DNA from: a virus
Taxonomy: Duplodnaviria; Caudoviricetes
IMG/VR virus record: IMGVR_UViG_3300049828_000304
Location: 1 to 27,549 of that record
Strand: one strand, 5' to 3'
Length of the DNA: 27,549 nucleotides
Part shown: one piece after another, positions 25,985 to 27,549 of the stretch
Layout: each line of letters starts with the position of its first letter
Numbering within the stretch: position 1 is the first letter of the stretch
Notes under the pieces: model-generated
Database searches by the model: none
What the model saw: the letters and a program-made list of their open reading frames with translations, nothing else
What the model was told of the DNA's origin: nothing
Program-made: the position numbers and the translations under genes

Positions 25985-27542
25985 CTTCTTTCCTCCTTTC
26001 TTTTTTGTCATCTTCGCTTATATCACCATCTTCAACTGATTCCCCAGGTCTTGTTTTAGGCTTATAATCCCCACCCTTGGCGCCGGCGGCGTCAGCGTCA
26101 GCGGCCGTTTCTGGAAACACAAGTCCTTTCTTTTCATACTCTTGCCTCTTGGAAATCAACTCAGCCTGTTCTTCAAGAGCTAAGTTAGCTTCTTCGTTGA
26201 TTTCTTCCATCACTTCATCGTAGTCGTTGCCCTCTTCCTCAACTAGCATCCTACGACTCTTAGTTTTGTTATTCAATGCCAACTTGCTAGCCCTGCCTTC
26301 CTTCTCTGGGTCAAGCATACCAAGTGACGGCCACCGAATTGTAATTGAGACGTCTTTCACATTTCCAGAAACTAAATTCTTAAGTACAGCTTCTTCTATC
26401 ATAGTATCAGTTATCCAAGTAATAACTGAGTCAACTTTACGCCTCCAACGAGTTATGAAGCGTTTAGTCTCCAGAACTGCCCCTCTCCAACTACTGTAGT
26501 TCACCTCAGCGGTGTCTAAAAATAGAATCGGATAAGGTATACGAACATAGGCAGAAACTATTTTAAGAAGTCTTACAATAAAAGCGTCAGTATTGTCCCC
26601 AGGTTTGTTGGGACTAGCCATACTAACGTCTTCTCCTGGCCGCATATATGTTATCTGGCCAGGTTGCAATTTGCTAGCCCTCTGCCCTGACGTTGGGTCA
26701 GATACTGAATCGCCATTATTATAATCAGTAGTCATTGTAGCCAATGCTTTTCCTGGGTTATTTGTCTTTACAAATACAGAAAAGCAGGCAGCAACGCGTG
26801 CTCCTACTACAGTAGCTTCAATAAAATCACCAAGTTGTTTCAGAAAATGAATCGCCGGTGTGATTACTGGAAACTGTCTGCTACTCTTTGGCCTGCTGTT
26901 TAACGGAGCTTTAAATAATTGAGTAACTTTTCTTCTGTACATAGTCCCGTCAGCGAGTGTAACCGACTTATAACACGGAAAAAACGTGAAATTGTTGCTT
27001 GAATCGCCTTCATAATCCACTTTATCAGCATTTTTTACCCAATATCCTTTCACCTTACCTGATACCTCATACTCTACGCCCAAACGAATTTGTTTATTCC
27101 ACAATAAATCATTTGGAGTCTTAATTCTCTGAGCTTCTACCAACTCTACAACTGTTTGGATGCCCTCACGGTCTGTATCAATCGGTAGCGAAATAAGAAT
27201 ATCGCCGTCGGAGAAGCTCCAAGCGACGATTTGTTCTATTAGGTCTACAATTGACTCAGATTCTGTGATGTCTAAGGATTCAAGATTGATTAATTCGTTT
27301 AATTTACGAGTCTGCAAATCATTTTTGCCGTAAATCTTAATAGCAGGATAGCCAATAATTGTAATATAAGACTGCTGTATAGCCGCAGCTACACAGTTGT
27401 CTTTTATTAATTGCCTACTAAGCAATCTCAACTGCTTAAGAGTATTGCTATTATTCAAATCATAGTCAGGAGAAGTCTCAGTACCTATCGGCCAAGATAG
27501 AGTCTGAGCGTTACTTCTCGCCGCTGAAAAGGTTGATGCCAT
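25971..27542 (-). CDS. portal protein, lambda family, 523 aa
   Basis: LR..SR.L..DN, DGD.L, GVE....G...GYW, NYSS.R and DPEKE motifs; upstream of the S49 protease. Confidence 0.93.
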   Translation of the reverse strand: MASTFSAARSNAQTLSWPIGTETSPDYDLNNSNTLKQLRLLSRQLIKDNCVAAAIQQSYITIIGYPAIKIYGKNDLQTRKLNELINLESLDITESESIVDLIEQIVAWSFSDGDILISLPIDTDREGIQTVVELVEAQRIKTPNDLLWNKQIRLGVEYEVSGKVKGYWVKNADKVDYEGDSSNNFTFFPCYKSVTLADGTMYRRKVTQLFKAPLNSRPKSSRQFPVITPAIHFLKQLGDFIEATVVGARVAACFSVFVKTNNPGKALATMTTDYNNGDSVSDPTSGQRASKLQPGQITYMRPGEDVSMASPNKPGDNTDAFIVRLLKIVSAYVRIPYPILFLDTAEVNYSSWRGAVLETKRFITRWRRKVDSVITWITDTMIEEAVLKNLVSGNVKDVSITIRWPSLGMLDPEKEGRASKLALNNKTKSRRMLVEEEGNDYDEVMEEINEEANLALEEQAELISKRQEYEKKGLVFPETAADADAAGAKGGDYKPKTRPGESVEDGDISEDDKKERRKEDGNW

Positions 27543-27549
27543 TTAATAG

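Larger units (their letters stand above)
369..27259. repeat. dispersed 21-23 bp repeat family, consensus (AY)CTGAGTYAACWTTAGnnCTAA, about 30 copies
   Basis: Leftmost coordinate of each 21-mer. + orientation: 369, 642, 4510, 5137, 6716, 7892, 9867, 11252, 12661, 13673, 15797, 16603, 18290, 18878, 21386, 21479, 21965, 22692, 23759, 25288, 25840, 26426. - orientation: 1363, 2882, 3384, 7727, 14525, 15180, 16576, 18535, 24850, 24994, 27239. Weaker copies at 427, 2093, 2366, 12085. Read by eye. Confidence 0.95.

Noticed and set aside
369-27259. 21-bp motif or 18-bp repeat as a CRISPR array
   Set aside because: The motif is irregularly spaced, in mixed orientation and often intragenic; the 18-bp units have no spacers; no cas genes.
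369-27259. Motif as a simple T7-like phage RNAP promoter or classic stoperator
   Set aside because: Both orientations occur relative to transcription in both arms. Disfavoured as the sole explanation, not fully excluded.
1-27549. Stop-codon reassignment (alternative genetic code)
   Set aside because: Code 11 gives near-complete coding density and full-length hallmark proteins; TAA, TAG and TGA all end genes at tight junctions.

Overview
Fragment of a tailed dsDNA phage genome (siphovirus-like, lambda-type head module, AT-rich, roughly 38% GC by eye). Two convergent arms meet at a bidirectional terminator (5160-5200). The + arm (1-5107) carries small hypothetical genes, a hexapeptide-repeat protein, an AEP primase-SF3 helicase fusion and a DEDDh exonuclease. 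The - arm (27542 to 5199) is the morphogenesis operon: portal, S49 protease, scaffold, decoration protein, major capsid, HK97-gp10-like neck protein, permuted NlpC/P60 enzyme, beta-helix fibre, probable tail terminator, two paralogous tail-tube genes, G/GT chaperones with a -1 frameshift, tape measure, tail-tip proteins and tail fibre. The most striking unexplained signal is a 21-23 bp asymmetric motif, consensus (AY)CTGAGTYAACWTTAGnnCTAA. It occurs about 30 times (about 1 per kb), in both orientations, at many gene junctions and inside genes in different reading frames, which points to a genome-wide DNA-level site system. All family assignments come from motif recognition and synteny, not from database searches.
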